A stretch of DNA of 64,000 bases, counting the filler, from Circinaria calcarea (Eukaryota), in NCBI GenBank assembly GCA_051942165.1. It is 11 parts of 11 records of this genome, joined end to end, with 100 filler letters (N's around TTAATTAATTAA, not from the genome) between each part and the next. Parts side by side here need not be neighbours in the genome. Positions count along the whole stretch, not along the records: positions 11,685 to 17,424 come from JAVECS010001803.1; positions 17,525 to 23,261 come from JAVECS010001804.1; positions 23,362 to 29,098 come from JAVECS010001805.1; 8 more parts are not named here. One strand, 5' to 3'. The notes under the pieces are model-generated. The model worked only from the letters and a program-made list of their open reading frames with translations. It was not told the DNA's origin and did no database searches. Below are positions 11,685 to 23,965 of this stretch, in pieces; within the stretch, counting starts at the first letter, position 1; each line of letters begins with the position of its first letter. Position numbers and translations under genes: made by a program.

Positions 11685-14489
11685 TGCATACCTGTTTAAA
11701 AGAATCATACAACTCCTTTTCACGAAACTTGTTTCGCGGAAAGGCAGCAGTCGCCTGGAAGTATTCAAGCAGACAATCTTCCATCGCTTGCGGGTTGTTC
11801 ACGATCGTGCGATTGAGACCGAGAAAAGCCTGGCCTTTCTCGTCGGTATTATCGACGGGTTCTATGATCTGTAAGAAGCGCTTTGCAAAGTCGGCCAGGT
11901 GCAGCGCAAGACCTTGCGAGCAATAGAGACCCAATCGACCTAGAGCAATGGCGGCGTTTTCGTTGACAGAACTAGGAATTTCGGGATTTCGAATGATGCT
12001 ATACAGACGCTCATAGAGCTTTTCGACGTATGGCGCCATGCCTTCCCGCTCTTGTAGCGCGATTTCTCCACAGGACCAACACGCATTATTAATAACACTG
12101 AACGCTGCGTCGGCCTCCTCGTCAGGCATGGCATCGATGTCGAGTTGTTGGATGAGGATTGGCATTAGCACTGGAAGAACAGGCTGGAGATGGGGGAAGA
12201 TATGGATGGCACAGTCTCCAAGGAGGGCGTATGCTGACTGTCGGACGTCATTGGCAGGATCCTCCAAGCAAAACCGGAGTAGGTCGAACATTCTTGGTTG
12301 GGAGTTCGAAACAAGTTCTCCGCTTTTCTCCTTTGGCAGAGCCTGGATAATCGCACTTAGAAGATCTAGACTTGTGACCAGTATATCCGTTTGGGGCATG
12401 TCCAACGCTTCATTATTTGCCGCAAGGATATACTCCTCAAGCTTCTGGTGGACAATCTTAATGCACCTCGTGAAGATTGGACCAGCGTACGGCGAGAAGA
12501 AATCACCCAAAGCTGTAGCGACGTAAGAAAGACACTCGAGAAGGGAGAATAACTCTCGCGAGTCGTCCGATATTTTGCTCCATCGTTGTATTAGGGCAGG
12601 CATCAGGAGGTCGATAAGCTCTGGGTTTTTGAGTTTTGGGCCCACATGTTCTGCCAACGTCTGCACACAGCCGTATAAGAGGAACATGTTGCGGTCCTTG
12701 TAGACATCGAAACAACGGACAAACTGGTAGATGATTGGTTTGCAGTAAGGCTCCAAGTTATTCTTGGCCGTTTCTTCGAGATTGGAAAACGCCGATGCAG
12801 CAGCCTCTTGTACCGCTTTCTTACGGTCAAGCATTCTCATCAAGATGCCATCCATCATGGGCTCGAAGTAACGTTCCTTCGCCACCGGGTCCTTTAGGTT
12901 TGCAGCCCATTTTGAGTATCGTCCTAATGCCCAGCATGTTATTTGCCGTACCACTGACTCAGGGTCCTGCAGCAGAGTTATCATGTAAGGCACCAACTCG
13001 GGTAAATGTGGCGAGACAACGTCCAGACAGCCATCCGCTACCGCCCCGATAGCAAGCACGGCGGCTTCTCGGTTGGGCCAGTCATGGTGGTTTAAATTCT
13101 CCTTTAAATACGGAAGTGTGATATCAAACACAGGTTGGTGGAAATACGATGCCAACACATCAAGCGCTGCAGCTGAGCACTTCCGTAAATTCCACTCGTC
13201 TTCTGGGTTACCGCCCACGTGTTCATCCTCATACTCTTCGATTTCGCCATCACTTAATTCGCTTTCCTCCTCCGCGAAGCCGCTGTTTCCGTTCAACCCG
13301 GATATTGTAGAGTGACCGTTGGGCGCTACACGAGCCGTTCTAGACTTGGCAAACTGCGGTTTTAGATTTTCCGCCTTGTCCTCTTCATTGGCATCCTCTG
13401 CTTCTCCTTCTAAACGCATGATGTCTTCCTCCCCGAAAACCATACTCTCCAGCAATGTGGGTATGATCTTGTCAAGATATGGTCCTAGACTAGCACACAA
13501 ACTCTTGTGCTCGCCAATTGAAAGCCAGAACTCAGCAGCATCTAAGGCCAGCTCAGGGTCGTCGATGTTTCTCTGTTGCGATACCATGTAATTCACTAAG
13601 CCCTCCATGTGAGGGATGATCTTATCCGGCCGCACGTCAACCAATTGAACAAAGGAGCGACATACATAGCGACGCACGTCGTCACTAGGATCGTGGGCGA
13701 GTTGAAAGAGTCGTGCAAGTAACGGGTCTATCAGTAGCAATAGAGCTTGAGGCCTTTGTGGGAGAAACACATTTATACTCTCCAACGCAAGCGCTCGGAC
13801 CTTTGGAAGCGGGCTCGCAGTGATCTCAAGGAGTTTAGGAATGATGACGTCCAGTGGACGCTGGCCATGATATTCTCTGTCAAGGGACTTTTTGCTGTCT
13901 TCACAGATTTTGGCTAGGGCGCCCATTGCACCTTCCTGTGCGTATGAAGACACACTGCCTTTGTCATTTCCAGCCAAAGATAAAAGCTCTGGGAAGATCT
14001 CTGGCCAACCAAGGATACCTCCTTGCTTCACGATCTCGGTTATCACGTTCCCTGCAAAGCCTCTGATTTGGGAATTGGAGTCGTCCAAACACTGGATTAC
14101 CGAAGCACGGATATACTCCTGATTTGGTGGAGGGATGTTCCTATATCTTGACTTCACGGTGTTCTTGAGAGTCATTGCCGCAGCGCTTCGTACAAGATGG
14201 ATCGTTTCGGGTCCAAGACCTAGACTCGGAGGTAGGCTGCAAAGTATGTAGGTTAGATAATTGGTGATATCGGGTGAGGATTTGGCTTGGGAAAGCATCT
14301 ATCGTATCGTAACCCCAGTCAGCGGCCAGCTACAGGTAGACATAACAGTTGGACGTAAAAAACATCCCGCTCCGTTGCCATGCGTACCATTGTTGCATAT
14401 TTCTGGGCGTTCTGATCATGACCACTCAAGGAGTCCCGCAAGTAGCCCACGAGCTGCCTTAGCTGCTCCTGATCTGGTTGCCACACCAT
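11685..14489 (-). CDS. KAP104: Importin beta-2 / transportin (3' truncated)
   Basis: HEAT-repeat protein with the acidic loop and WNLRKCSAAALDVLA motif. First exon MVWQPDQEQLRQL starts at 14489, with an intron at ~14384-14299. Confidence 0.95.
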
Positions 14490-15511
14490 GACTGCAGAAC
14501 GAGAGCTGGCGCGAATTGATCAGGTAGCCGAAACAGACGACGTTGGCTCTCTGTATGAGCAGGCCCAAGCGGCGAGGTGTAACTGCACGAAGTAGATTGG
14601 AGGAAGATTCAGAATCTCTCGGCTGGGCCCGCAGTTGAGGATTATGACGGTTGCCAGTCTCCGGAGCGCAAATGCCCTACTTCATTCAACCCTCGGCTTT
14701 CGGTGGGCGGGGTCTGTCAAACCTTGCGCATCACCAAGCACCGAAGACGGATTGTCAGTGGTATAGGCAGACTGACCAAGCCCACTTCTCTCAGGATTCT
14801 GTAGCCACGATCGATGTTTGAGTCTGGAGGGATAGCCGTTGGAGGTTGCGGCAGCGTGCAGAGGCGTAAGCTACCGGCTCTCCTCACTGAGTGGTGTCAA
14901 AAGAGGTAGGATGAACTTGGAAAGGTATGGGATCGGACTGGGCTATGAATGCTGCGTGGCGCCATAATTGGGAAGGGTGGATAGATACGATTTCCGACTG
15001 CTTATGTATTTTCCGCGTTCTAGTGTGGTTGCCGTAAGAAGGCTAAGGCAGCCCGCTTTCGTTCATTGTCCATGAATGGTGATTGCACCACAACGAATTC
15101 TGGCATATTACAGAAGTACAAGTAAAGTCATCGCATATCTTCTCTAGCACCCTTACCGACACTGAGCATCTTGTATCGATAACTTTACCCAAGTTAAATG
15201 GACTTGCTATAAACTATCTCGTCACCTCTATCTACCAGCAAGCCCGGTTCGACGCCGCCCATTGGTCTAGCAAGAGTACCGTGTGATGGCTGCTCTTGTC
15301 GCTGGCTAAATCCAGATGCCCTAAATTATCGAAACCGTTCCGAATGGTCTACGACATCAAAGTGAGCCCCCTTGCTTGCTGCATTTAGAGCGTGATGTCG
15401 GTGACAAACGGCTTTCAACCTCAGTAGACGTTCCCTGGCAAGACAACGAGCCTGAACGCTCTGCTGCTTTGGGGCATTTTTTTTTTGGTCTTACCTATAG
15501 ATATTATGCTT

Positions 15512-17332
15512 TTAGGTCCTTCTGCTCCTTGGATCCGTCGCATCCTGCCTCCTCCACTCCCTTGTTTCTCTTGTTCCTATACTGCCGACGCCGCCTTCAG
15601 ACCTTCTTTCCCATCCGCCCAGCCTGACAACCAGGCACGTCGCATTATCTCCTTCGCTACTAACTTCTGTAGCAAATGTGACCACGTCCCTGGCGCCTTG
15701 CTCTGGCGTTCGGGCTTCCTTCACCACGTCAACAATCTCCTGGTCGCTTAATGTCCCACTAACCCCGTCGCTGACCAAGACCAGAAATGAATATTCCGCC
15801 GGGGCTAGCTCGATCCTCCGTATTTCGGGCTCGGCACTGACGCCCAATCTTTTTGATTGCATGTCTCCAAAGGCCCGTGTGTTTGCCAGTCCACTCATCC
15901 TCTCTTCCCCGAAAGAATCCGTCACGAAGCTAGCCGCATACTTTCGTAGGCGCTCGCCCTCTCCAGCACTGCCAGGATGGTGATCTGTAGTCGCCGCCAC
16001 TGCAACCCCATCCGCTGTCCTGCATAGTAGTATCCTTGTATCGCCCACATGCGCCACAACCAGCGTAGACGGACTGGCTGGATGCCAGAAAGGCGTAGGC
16101 GAAGGTGTAGAGATCAAGGCTGTAGAGCAGGTGCTTCCTCCTTTAAAGCGTTTAGGGCCACCAATCTGGCGGGAAGGCGAGTCGAGTATATCGGATGCAT
16201 TCAGAGGCGCATCAGAAAGCACAGAGTCGGATTCGAAGTCAGATTTGCGGGCCTGGGCACTGACAAAGTCAAGATCTGCACGAAGAAAAGCATATGTGAG
16301 AGTTGTTGCGATACTGATGCCATTGCTTGGGGGCCTTAGGAACGCGCTGGGCTGAAAACGTCGGAAGTATCCGCCCACTGTGTCACGCCATCCCTTTAAG
16401 AGCGAGGCCTGGAGCTGCAGGGCATGTTCCACGTTGGCTTCTTGGGGGACAGCGGGCTCACTAGAAATCGGTGGTCCGGAATGTGTTTTCTCTGACTTGA
16501 AGGCCTCTGCTTGTATTTCCTGTGACCTCATGGATGATGGTACCGTCCGCTCCCGCTTTGTTATCGGAGATTGATCACCCCCCCTTTGGCCACCACTAGT
16601 ACTAACGTTGGCCCCGCTCTCCCCACCGCCCTTTCCATCCTTGCCTTGCTCTTCTTGCGGAACTCTTAAGCTGGACTTCAGTTCATATTTCCTCGCTGCA
16701 TCCTCAATGTAATCATGAAGACTTTCCCTCAAGAAGCCGCTACACTCCGTTCCTCCATGCCCATCGAACACCCCGAAATAGAAGACTTGTGGATCTCCGT
16801 ATGCTCCTTCGGCCGAAGTACCTTCTCCGTTGGGCTCTGAGTTTTGCTGCTCCTGCTGCCGCTGCCGCTCCCGTTGCTTTCTCTGACCTTCTCGGAAGGC
16901 CTGAAGTGGGCTTGACGCCGAAGCTCTTATGAGACTAATCGGCGTTGGTTTGGCGAAGGCAGGAAGCTCTATCACACCTGCTTGATAGGTGTCTTCGTTG
17001 TACGGTCGTGTACCCCGCGACACGGAGACACCAAAGTGATGTTTTGCGCTTCGCAATGGGATGCGAACGACGGTTGTATCTCTTGAGACGCCTATCAAAG
17101 GAGCCGGAGAAGGATCGCTGGAGGAAGTTGGAGTATGTGGTTTAGAAGCAGACCGAGGAAGCTGATGATGGATCCCAGTTGATGAGCGGGAATCGGGATG
17201 TAGCGAGGACGATGGTAGGTGGGTCACGAAGTAATCGTGAAAGGTACGGCGCGAGGAGTAAGGGCATATGCTGTGCCTGAGGCGATAAGGCGCTCGCACG
17301 AAGTGACACGCGTTGAGCGTACGACCATCCAT
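15512..17332 (-). CDS. Protein phosphatase 2C, likely mitochondrial (Ptc6-like)
   Basis: PP2C motifs RPYNED, FGVFDGHGG, AHVGDTR, LANTRAFGD, LVSDG and GDNAT, plus an Arg/Ser-rich presequence-like N-terminus. Confidence 0.9.
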   Translation of the reverse strand: MDGRTLNACHFVRAPYRLRHSICPYSSRRTFHDYFVTHLPSSSLHPDSRSSTGIHHQLPRSASKPHTPTSSSDPSPAPLIGVSRDTTVVRIPLRSAKHHFGVSVSRGTRPYNEDTYQAGVIELPAFAKPTPISLIRASASSPLQAFREGQRKQRERQRQQEQQNSEPNGEGTSAEGAYGDPQVFYFGVFDGHGGTECSGFLRESLHDYIEDAARKYELKSSLRVPQEEQGKDGKGGGESGANVSTSGGQRGGDQSPITKRERTVPSSMRSQEIQAEAFKSEKTHSGPPISSEPAVPQEANVEHALQLQASLLKGWRDTVGGYFRRFQPSAFLRPPSNGISIATTLTYAFLRADLDFVSAQARKSDFESDSVLSDAPLNASDILDSPSRQIGGPKRFKGGSTCSTALISTPSPTPFWHPASPSTLVVAHVGDTRILLCRTADGVAVAATTDHHPGSAGEGERLRKYAASFVTDSFGEERMSGLANTRAFGDMQSKRLGVSAEPEIRRIELAPAEYSFLVLVSDGVSGTLSDQEIVDVVKEARTPEQGARDVVTFATEVSSEGDNATCLVVRLGGWERRSEGGVGSIGTRETREWRRQDATDPRSRRT

Positions 17333-17526
17333 AGTTCCTCTCCATTACTGAACTGGCGGTGTTGGCCATTTCCCCCTTTGCACCAGCACGCGCAGCATTA
17401 TTGTTGAGCGATCTGAAGTCCAAANNNNNNNNNNNNNNNNNNNNNNNNNNNNNNNNNNNNNNNNNNNNTTAATTAATTAANNNNNNNNNNNNNNNNNNNN
17501 NNNNNNNNNNNNNNNNNNNNNNNNAG

Positions 17527-18936
17527 ATCACTGTCCTGGACGAGAGTGACCAGCGGAGGTCGTCAAGTCCAGTCAGTCCTACCGGCTTTACTCTAAACCC
17601 AAACGATAAGTACATAACGCCTACGCCACCCAAGGAAAAATCATTCGATCGATGTTCAAACTCGATAGCGCACAGAAGAGACTCTACTACGACCCCTATG
17701 ACAGATGTACGGAACACCATTTCAAATGGTGAGGCGAAATGCGAACAGACACAGGCTCCATCAGAGTGCTCGTTTCCTAGCCTCTGGGATGCAGTACGAC
17801 TACGACATTCCGACCCTTTCCCGATACGCTCAGAACCCTGTACTAGGCCACCATCCCGCTGGGCAATGTGTACTGGAGGACGAAAACTTCATTCCGCGAG
17901 CGCGTGCGCGGGACACTCAAATGATCAGCTTCATATGAAACAGGGCGATGCTACTAAATGTCGTCACCCGTCACAGTCCTGTGAGCCAGAGGTTGCTAGA
18001 TTTTTTTCGGAATTTGCTACGAAAACTTTTACCCGCAGTAGTGTTATGGATACCGACAGCATGACAGCTTCGAATGACCCAACGGCTGAATATTCTACAA
18101 TGTTCGATGCCAAGGATTATGGCACGGCAGGTTCATGCAAATTTCCGTTCCCGTTCGCGGAGTCGAGCATATCGGGTACAGAGGGACTCGTGGACTCCAC
18201 ATCCTCCAACCAGGTTATGGACGCTAACGAGTGGTGTACTCCCATGAACGAACTGCAATTTGGCGTTCTGGCCGCTACGTTCGATCAAGGTTCCCAGACG
18301 GCCGACACCGTGATACCACAGTCTACCGATCCAATCTCTATCACCGCATTTGTCTCAAGAAGTCCTGGGAACATTGGAGATGCCAAAGGTACCAATAAAA
18401 TCAGCCCATCGCAAAGTCCTGGCAGCTTAGGACGGCCCTTTGATGATTCGAACCAGAAGATTGATAGGACCCCTATTTCAGTATCATCTTCATACTGTCA
18501 AAGCCACGTTCCCTCACCCGCTCTGAGCTCTGCTGCTTTGCCCGGATTTATGTCTCCGTACCATTCAAGTCAGCCAGAGACACCCACCATGAGCGATTTT
18601 GAGGACAACATGTATGGCCTACACCATGCAGCCAAGCCATCCCAGGGTTTGAAAAGTGCTAGCAACCAACATGATCAAGCTTTCCCGCTGAATACGAAAC
18701 CTGAAGGATGCGGCAGCTTTGACGGATACAGTCTATCTGAAGAACATCACGCATGTGCATTAGCATCAAAAAGCCTACCACCAACCCATACCGCGTCACC
18801 TGATTCCGAATCAGCATACGACCGGAGGAGCGAAAAGGAGTTCATAGAGTCATGGAATGGTGGCGCCGAGCTTCGCAAATCTATTACTGAAGATCTCTTC
18901 GATGACCTGGGCTACCTGGGAGGAATGATTATATGA
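17527..18936 (+). CDS. Hypothetical Ser/Pro-rich protein, C-terminal part (5' truncated)
   Basis: The frame is open from the contig start through the 412-aa ORF. The sequence is low-complexity with a structured-looking tail (EDLFDDLGYLGGMII). Confidence 0.6.
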   Translation: MTVLDESDQRRSSSPVSPTGFTLNPNDKYITPTPPKEKSFDRCSNSIAHRRDSTTTPMTDVRNTISNGEAKCEQTQAPSECSFPSLWDAVRLRHSDPFPIRSEPCTRPPSRWAMCTGGRKLHSASACAGHSNDQLHMKQGDATKCRHPSQSCEPEVARFFSEFATKTFTRSSVMDTDSMTASNDPTAEYSTMFDAKDYGTAGSCKFPFPFAESSISGTEGLVDSTSSNQVMDANEWCTPMNELQFGVLAATFDQGSQTADTVIPQSTDPISITAFVSRSPGNIGDAKGTNKISPSQSPGSLGRPFDDSNQKIDRTPISVSSSYCQSHVPSPALSSAALPGFMSPYHSSQPETPTMSDFEDNMYGLHHAAKPSQGLKSASNQHDQAFPLNTKPEGCGSFDGYSLSEEHHACALASKSLPPTHTASPDSESAYDRRSEKEFIESWNGGAELRKSITEDLFDDLGYLGGMII

Positions 18937-20077
18937 GATGGAAAGACTTTTCCTATACGATTAGCTCACTTTTTCCGTTGGCGTTCAGATTCCGTATACC
19001 CCAATGGCGTGTTTGCTTTATACGGTGTCTAGAAGGTGGGTTGGTTTCATGGCCTTTTGATAGTTGTCGGCACATTAGATTTTAGCTATTAGATATTCTG
19101 TGCTATCACATCGCACAAGCTCTATTGTTAACGTTCCAGATCCCGTCCAAGATGGAACATGGGGTTTTACAAAGGGCGATGGAGATACACGATGCCTTTG
19201 TTCCTTCGAATCGTCTTTGCTGGCACCGATGAGCTTCCCTGATCGGTATGTAGTAAGATGACGAAATCCCAAATACATTCTTCTCTTCTCTTCGACTGGA
19301 GTGCCTATACCGATATACTCGGCCCCCCCCCCCTTTCTTGATCGTCCATCCATACATGTTACGAAAAACGATCCCCCTTCATAATCTCAAATTTCACTTT
19401 TGCCCCGTTCGTTCCATCCGGACTCCCCATCCTATTATAGGTATATATAATATTTGGGGGGTTCAGTTTTCCTCTGTTATGCTCGGAGTATGTTAGGTAG
19501 GCCCGGAATAACAGTGCTCCCAGCCAATCAATACTCGTCTGCCAGGCCACCCCCGCTTGGCTTTACATAGCTCCATTATACATCCATAACGGAGCTATAT
19601 TATGCTAGTGGGCCAATACGAATGCACAGTTTCTGCTAGCTTACCCCTCGTGCTTTACAGTATCGGGCTTAGCCCATCGGTGCCGTGCTCCCGAGCATAA
19701 TAAATTTCTAGCAAAGGAAAACTGAATTCCCTAATTATATATTAATTTTTACAAGGGCTCTACCCGAGAACCCCTACGAACCCTACGGGTGAACTATACA
19801 CCGAGGTCACGAGGTGTTAGCTTAACGAGAAAGGTTTTCTTTGCGGAGTGTTACACCAGAATTCTTTAGCAATAATCCATACGCTTACGCGAACCTATTG
19901 AGCTCATTATCACACAATTTACCGACCCTTATCGTAAGATCATTATACTATTCGTAAAGGATCCTTACACCATTAGTCGCCTTGGCTCCACCACACTAGC
20001 GCCTTCGCTTAACCCTTGCGGAGATCGTAAAAAAAAGAAAACGAAAACGAAAAAGCGCCCACACTTCCCCCCCAGCT

Positions 20078-22646
20078 CTATTTCGGGCTAGAAACGCAGC
20101 GGTGATATATAGGTCCTAAATAATGCTGTTTAGACTGGGGAGGCCGCTGCAAGTTAATATCTGTTGAAAAAACTAACTTCCCTGCGCAATTATATAATTT
20201 GCTGGTATCATCACTAATGACTCCAATGCTGATTGGAAATAGATATGCGTCTTTATCGCCCTCTGGCCGCTTACATAGGGTCATAATAGCGCTGCTATTG
20301 AACGCCATTAGTTGAAAACCTTTTGGAATGTCGTGGTAATGTCTCAAAACCGCGTTGAGACAGAGGGCTGCTATTAACATTAAGCCAAGCGAGATAGCTA
20401 GTATTGCCCCGAGAGGTGAATAGCCGCGGGCAGAGCGGTCGTAGATCGGTAATCGAGCTCCTTCGGGACCGGGTCCAAAAACGCTGGACTGGACGAGAAA
20501 AATGCTTTGCGATATCAACCAGTGGAGTAGTGTCCAAAGACCTATAAGTGGACCAGAGTATTTCCAAGGAAGGGACAGGAAATAAGATGAACGTTGCATC
20601 CCGACGGGAGATGACACACGCAATGGTTTCTTCCCGTCTGGGCGCAGAAATCTCACCCATTCGTCCGCCACCAGCTGCCTCGTTATAATATTGTTGAAAA
20701 AGATGTATAGAGTGCTGACCATTAATTGGGGACTATTAGCGATAAGAATGTTTCCAAAAAATGCCTTGACAGTACCAGTACCAGCGGTAGTGAATTGGCC
20801 CAGGGAATCGGTCACTGCTGCGGGCTGCATCTTAAAGCCCTGTTTCCATATAGCAGAAGGGCTCACATCGACTCCTATCCTTCGGAGACTCATGATGGAT
20901 ATGGATATAAATGAGGTGGTGATTATCAAGCCCAATGTGAATCTAACTTATATTATTAGATTGTACTGATGATTTTACCATGTTTACTCACAACAGCACC
21001 GACAGAGCCCAAGCCCAGCCGCTCAAGGCTTTCGACCAAGGAATACGGTGCTCAGTTTTCCAGAACATCTTTCCTATTTCGACAAAACCGGACATGCGTG
21101 ACGTCGAGTGCTTTTGATCTGTGCTATCCATATCTGACTCGCTTGGCGATTCCAGGAAGCTGTGTATCGCATCTCCCATAGTGACGACTGTCCTCTTATA
21201 GCTTTTGCCTTTCGGATGATTATCATCATGGCGAATCTGCAACCAGGTCCAAAAGATAACGAAGCTTGCTAATATTGCGCAAGCGCACACAATTTTGAGT
21301 ATGTCCCAGCTGTAATGAAGACCACACCTTTCTTGGTTATTTCCCTCTTCACCAACCAAGCAATAGTCGACGGCGACGGCCCAAGCCCCCGGCTGCCCTA
21401 GGCTCCAGTGATCTGCGAATGACTCGGCGAATTTGGCATTGCAATACTTCCATTTTGAAGGGTCCGTAGATTGGTGGAGGCGGCATATCCACTCAGACGA
21501 GACCCTCCATGATTCCCATGCCGATACCCAGCCATCGATCAACGACGAGTTGTTGTTCTGTACCAATGACACATTGCGGGCGACAACAATAACGCTACTG
21601 GTGGACGTTAGTGGGTTTACATATCTCTGCACACATGCTCTCCGGTCAAGGCGTGTCATATTGACTGCGGAGGCTTGTAAACCATATATAAGCGATTTGT
21701 TAAGTGCCGCATCTCCATAACCAGGTGCAGGCTTCCACCACTGATAATGTCCCAGTGGATCAGAAGCTGTCCAATTGTTTTCCCCAGCAATCAGGAAGTC
21801 GTTGGTAACGACTGCTCGAGGAACTGCCGCGAAGGGAAGAGATGTAAAGATAACCGAGTTCCAGCTTTGTCCGGATTGTCAGCTCGTTTCTGCCATAATG
21901 GAAGCGGCGACTTACAACAAGTGCATCAGCATTGAAACAATTCCGATTAGAAACCAAGCTATCACCCTTTTTCGCTCATATGCCACATGTTCTTGACACT
22001 TAAAACACCGATCTCCAATGAAGTCTTCTTCGCGTGTGCTTGTTCAATCTCTTCTCGTGACGGCGCAGCCAGGATCTGCATACAATAGTTTCCAGCCCCT
22101 AAGAACAATGAGGACACGATGTTGAGTGCAATATGTAAAACACTGTTGTTATAGCTTGCATTTTTGCAGCTGCCGTAGGTAAAAGTACCAACGCCTAGAG
22201 AATTGGGGGGATAGGCAATGGGCAGCCATATCGTAGCGCCAATATTAGAACCAGCTACTAATATAGCTATCGCCAGCTGAATCCTGAGCATCGTCGTTCT
22301 CTTGGACACTTTGACACTTAGTGTCATTGCCCGGTCGTTCTCTGGGTCCACTTCTGGGATGTATTGTTTTAACACATCTCTTCTGGCATAAGGATCGGGC
22401 CTTGGAATGATTAGCAATTACTCGATATATCGATGAATACCTAGGTATCAGATACATATCGTCTTGTCTTGAAGCTATTAGAGGACTCGTCTCCTCCGTT
22501 CGTTCTTCGCGTAGCCTTTCCGGCACTTCTGCATCTTCTGATCCATGTGCAGTATCGGATGATAGAGATAGTCTGCTAGTTTCTATAGATGGTATCAAGT
22601 CTTCTGATATATCGCCATGATCTGCTTCTGCCAGAGCAACAGACAT
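20078..22646 (-). CDS. Multi-pass membrane protein, DUF6536-like (multi-exon; apparent 1-bp frameshift near 21968)
   Basis: LHIALNIVSSLFLGAGNYCMQILAAPSREEIEQAH..LEIGVLSVKN, ANSPQL and QRSSYFLSLPWKYS motifs. The frame breaks at MSEK and resumes as RVIAWFLIG. Confidence 0.75.
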
Positions 22647-23965
22647 ATTTAAAGAATAATAGTTCTGGTTAAATTACTAAAAGGCTGGCACGAGGCAGGA
22701 TGTAGAGTTCAGGCGATGGTTACTGTATATAGGCAACAAGCTCAAGTCACACAAGACAAGCCACCGATTTCTGATAACTGAAGCTAAATATGCTGGTTGG
22801 TGGCAGTGCTTGCCCGATCTGATCCTGGTGTAATAATATTAATAGAGCTAGTTAGATATCGTATTCCGTGATATGAAAAGCGGGGCTACGATGCGAGCGC
22901 TTAGCTATATTTATTAAGGTGAGGCTGTCCTATACTGCTGGACAGGAGCAATCATGCCGATATTTAATTATTTGCCTCGAAACCTGATAATTATTTGGAT
23001 CGCTAGCCCAGTTTATTCTATCTGGAATCCCAACACAGTAATAGCCAGTGACTCAAACGGTAATTAGCTAATAAAGGAATATTAAGGGGTTGAGGACGAG
23101 CAAAAAGGAAATATAAGGGAGTAAAAGAGCGGAGGGGAGAGCACGAGGGAGCAACGGGCGAGCAGGTGGTCGGAATAGTCACTAGCGCGGGAGCAAAGCA
23201 GCGACACCTTAATCAGCCCAACATCACGTGTTGCCCCAAGTTCGGGGCATCTATATATACCNNNNNNNNNNNNNNNNNNNNNNNNNNNNNNNNNNNNNNN
23301 NNNNNTTAATTAATTAANNNNNNNNNNNNNNNNNNNNNNNNNNNNNNNNNNNNNNNNNNNNAGAGTAGAGTTAAAATCGTAAAAACTCCTAGCCCACCGC
23401 GTTTCCCCCCATTAAAAACGTTGGGGGGGGGAGTAAGTTAGAGAAAAGGGATGGGAAGAGTCAAGGAGAATGTGGATGCGATTTGGGGGGAAAAAAAGGG
23501 CAAAAGGGGGGGCGAGCGAAAGAAAGAAAGGCAAAGTAGAGAGTAACTAGGGGACTAGGGGACTATGGTAGGGGACCGTGATTACAAGTTTTTTTTTCCA
23601 TTTTTTAGTTTTTTTTTAGAAAAAGGGATTCCATATAACATCTAAAAGCGACCAACCCCAAGGGACTAGGCCACGCCACGCCACGCGCCCATTCTTATAA
23701 GTAAATCATGTAATCTTACCAAGAACAGTCAAGAGCAAGAGCCAACAGCAATTGCTAAAAATAAAGCTATTTCAAAACCCCCCCTCCAACTCCCTCGTTC
23801 ACACCAAACCCATTTATTTCTATTGACAATGGAAGACATCCCCGAACCCATCCAAACCCACATCGCGCCATTCCCGTTCTACCAAAAACTCCTCCCTTTT
23901 CAACTCCCTCATTCCACCTCAGTTCAAACAAACAACTCACCGCACTCCCCTCCATTTACACTTCC

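Noticed and set aside
19300..20040. TA-enriched stretch (also ~22700-23260) as a RIP-degraded transposon
   Set aside because: Composition is suggestive, but no TE ORF remnant, TIR or LTR could be identified by eye.
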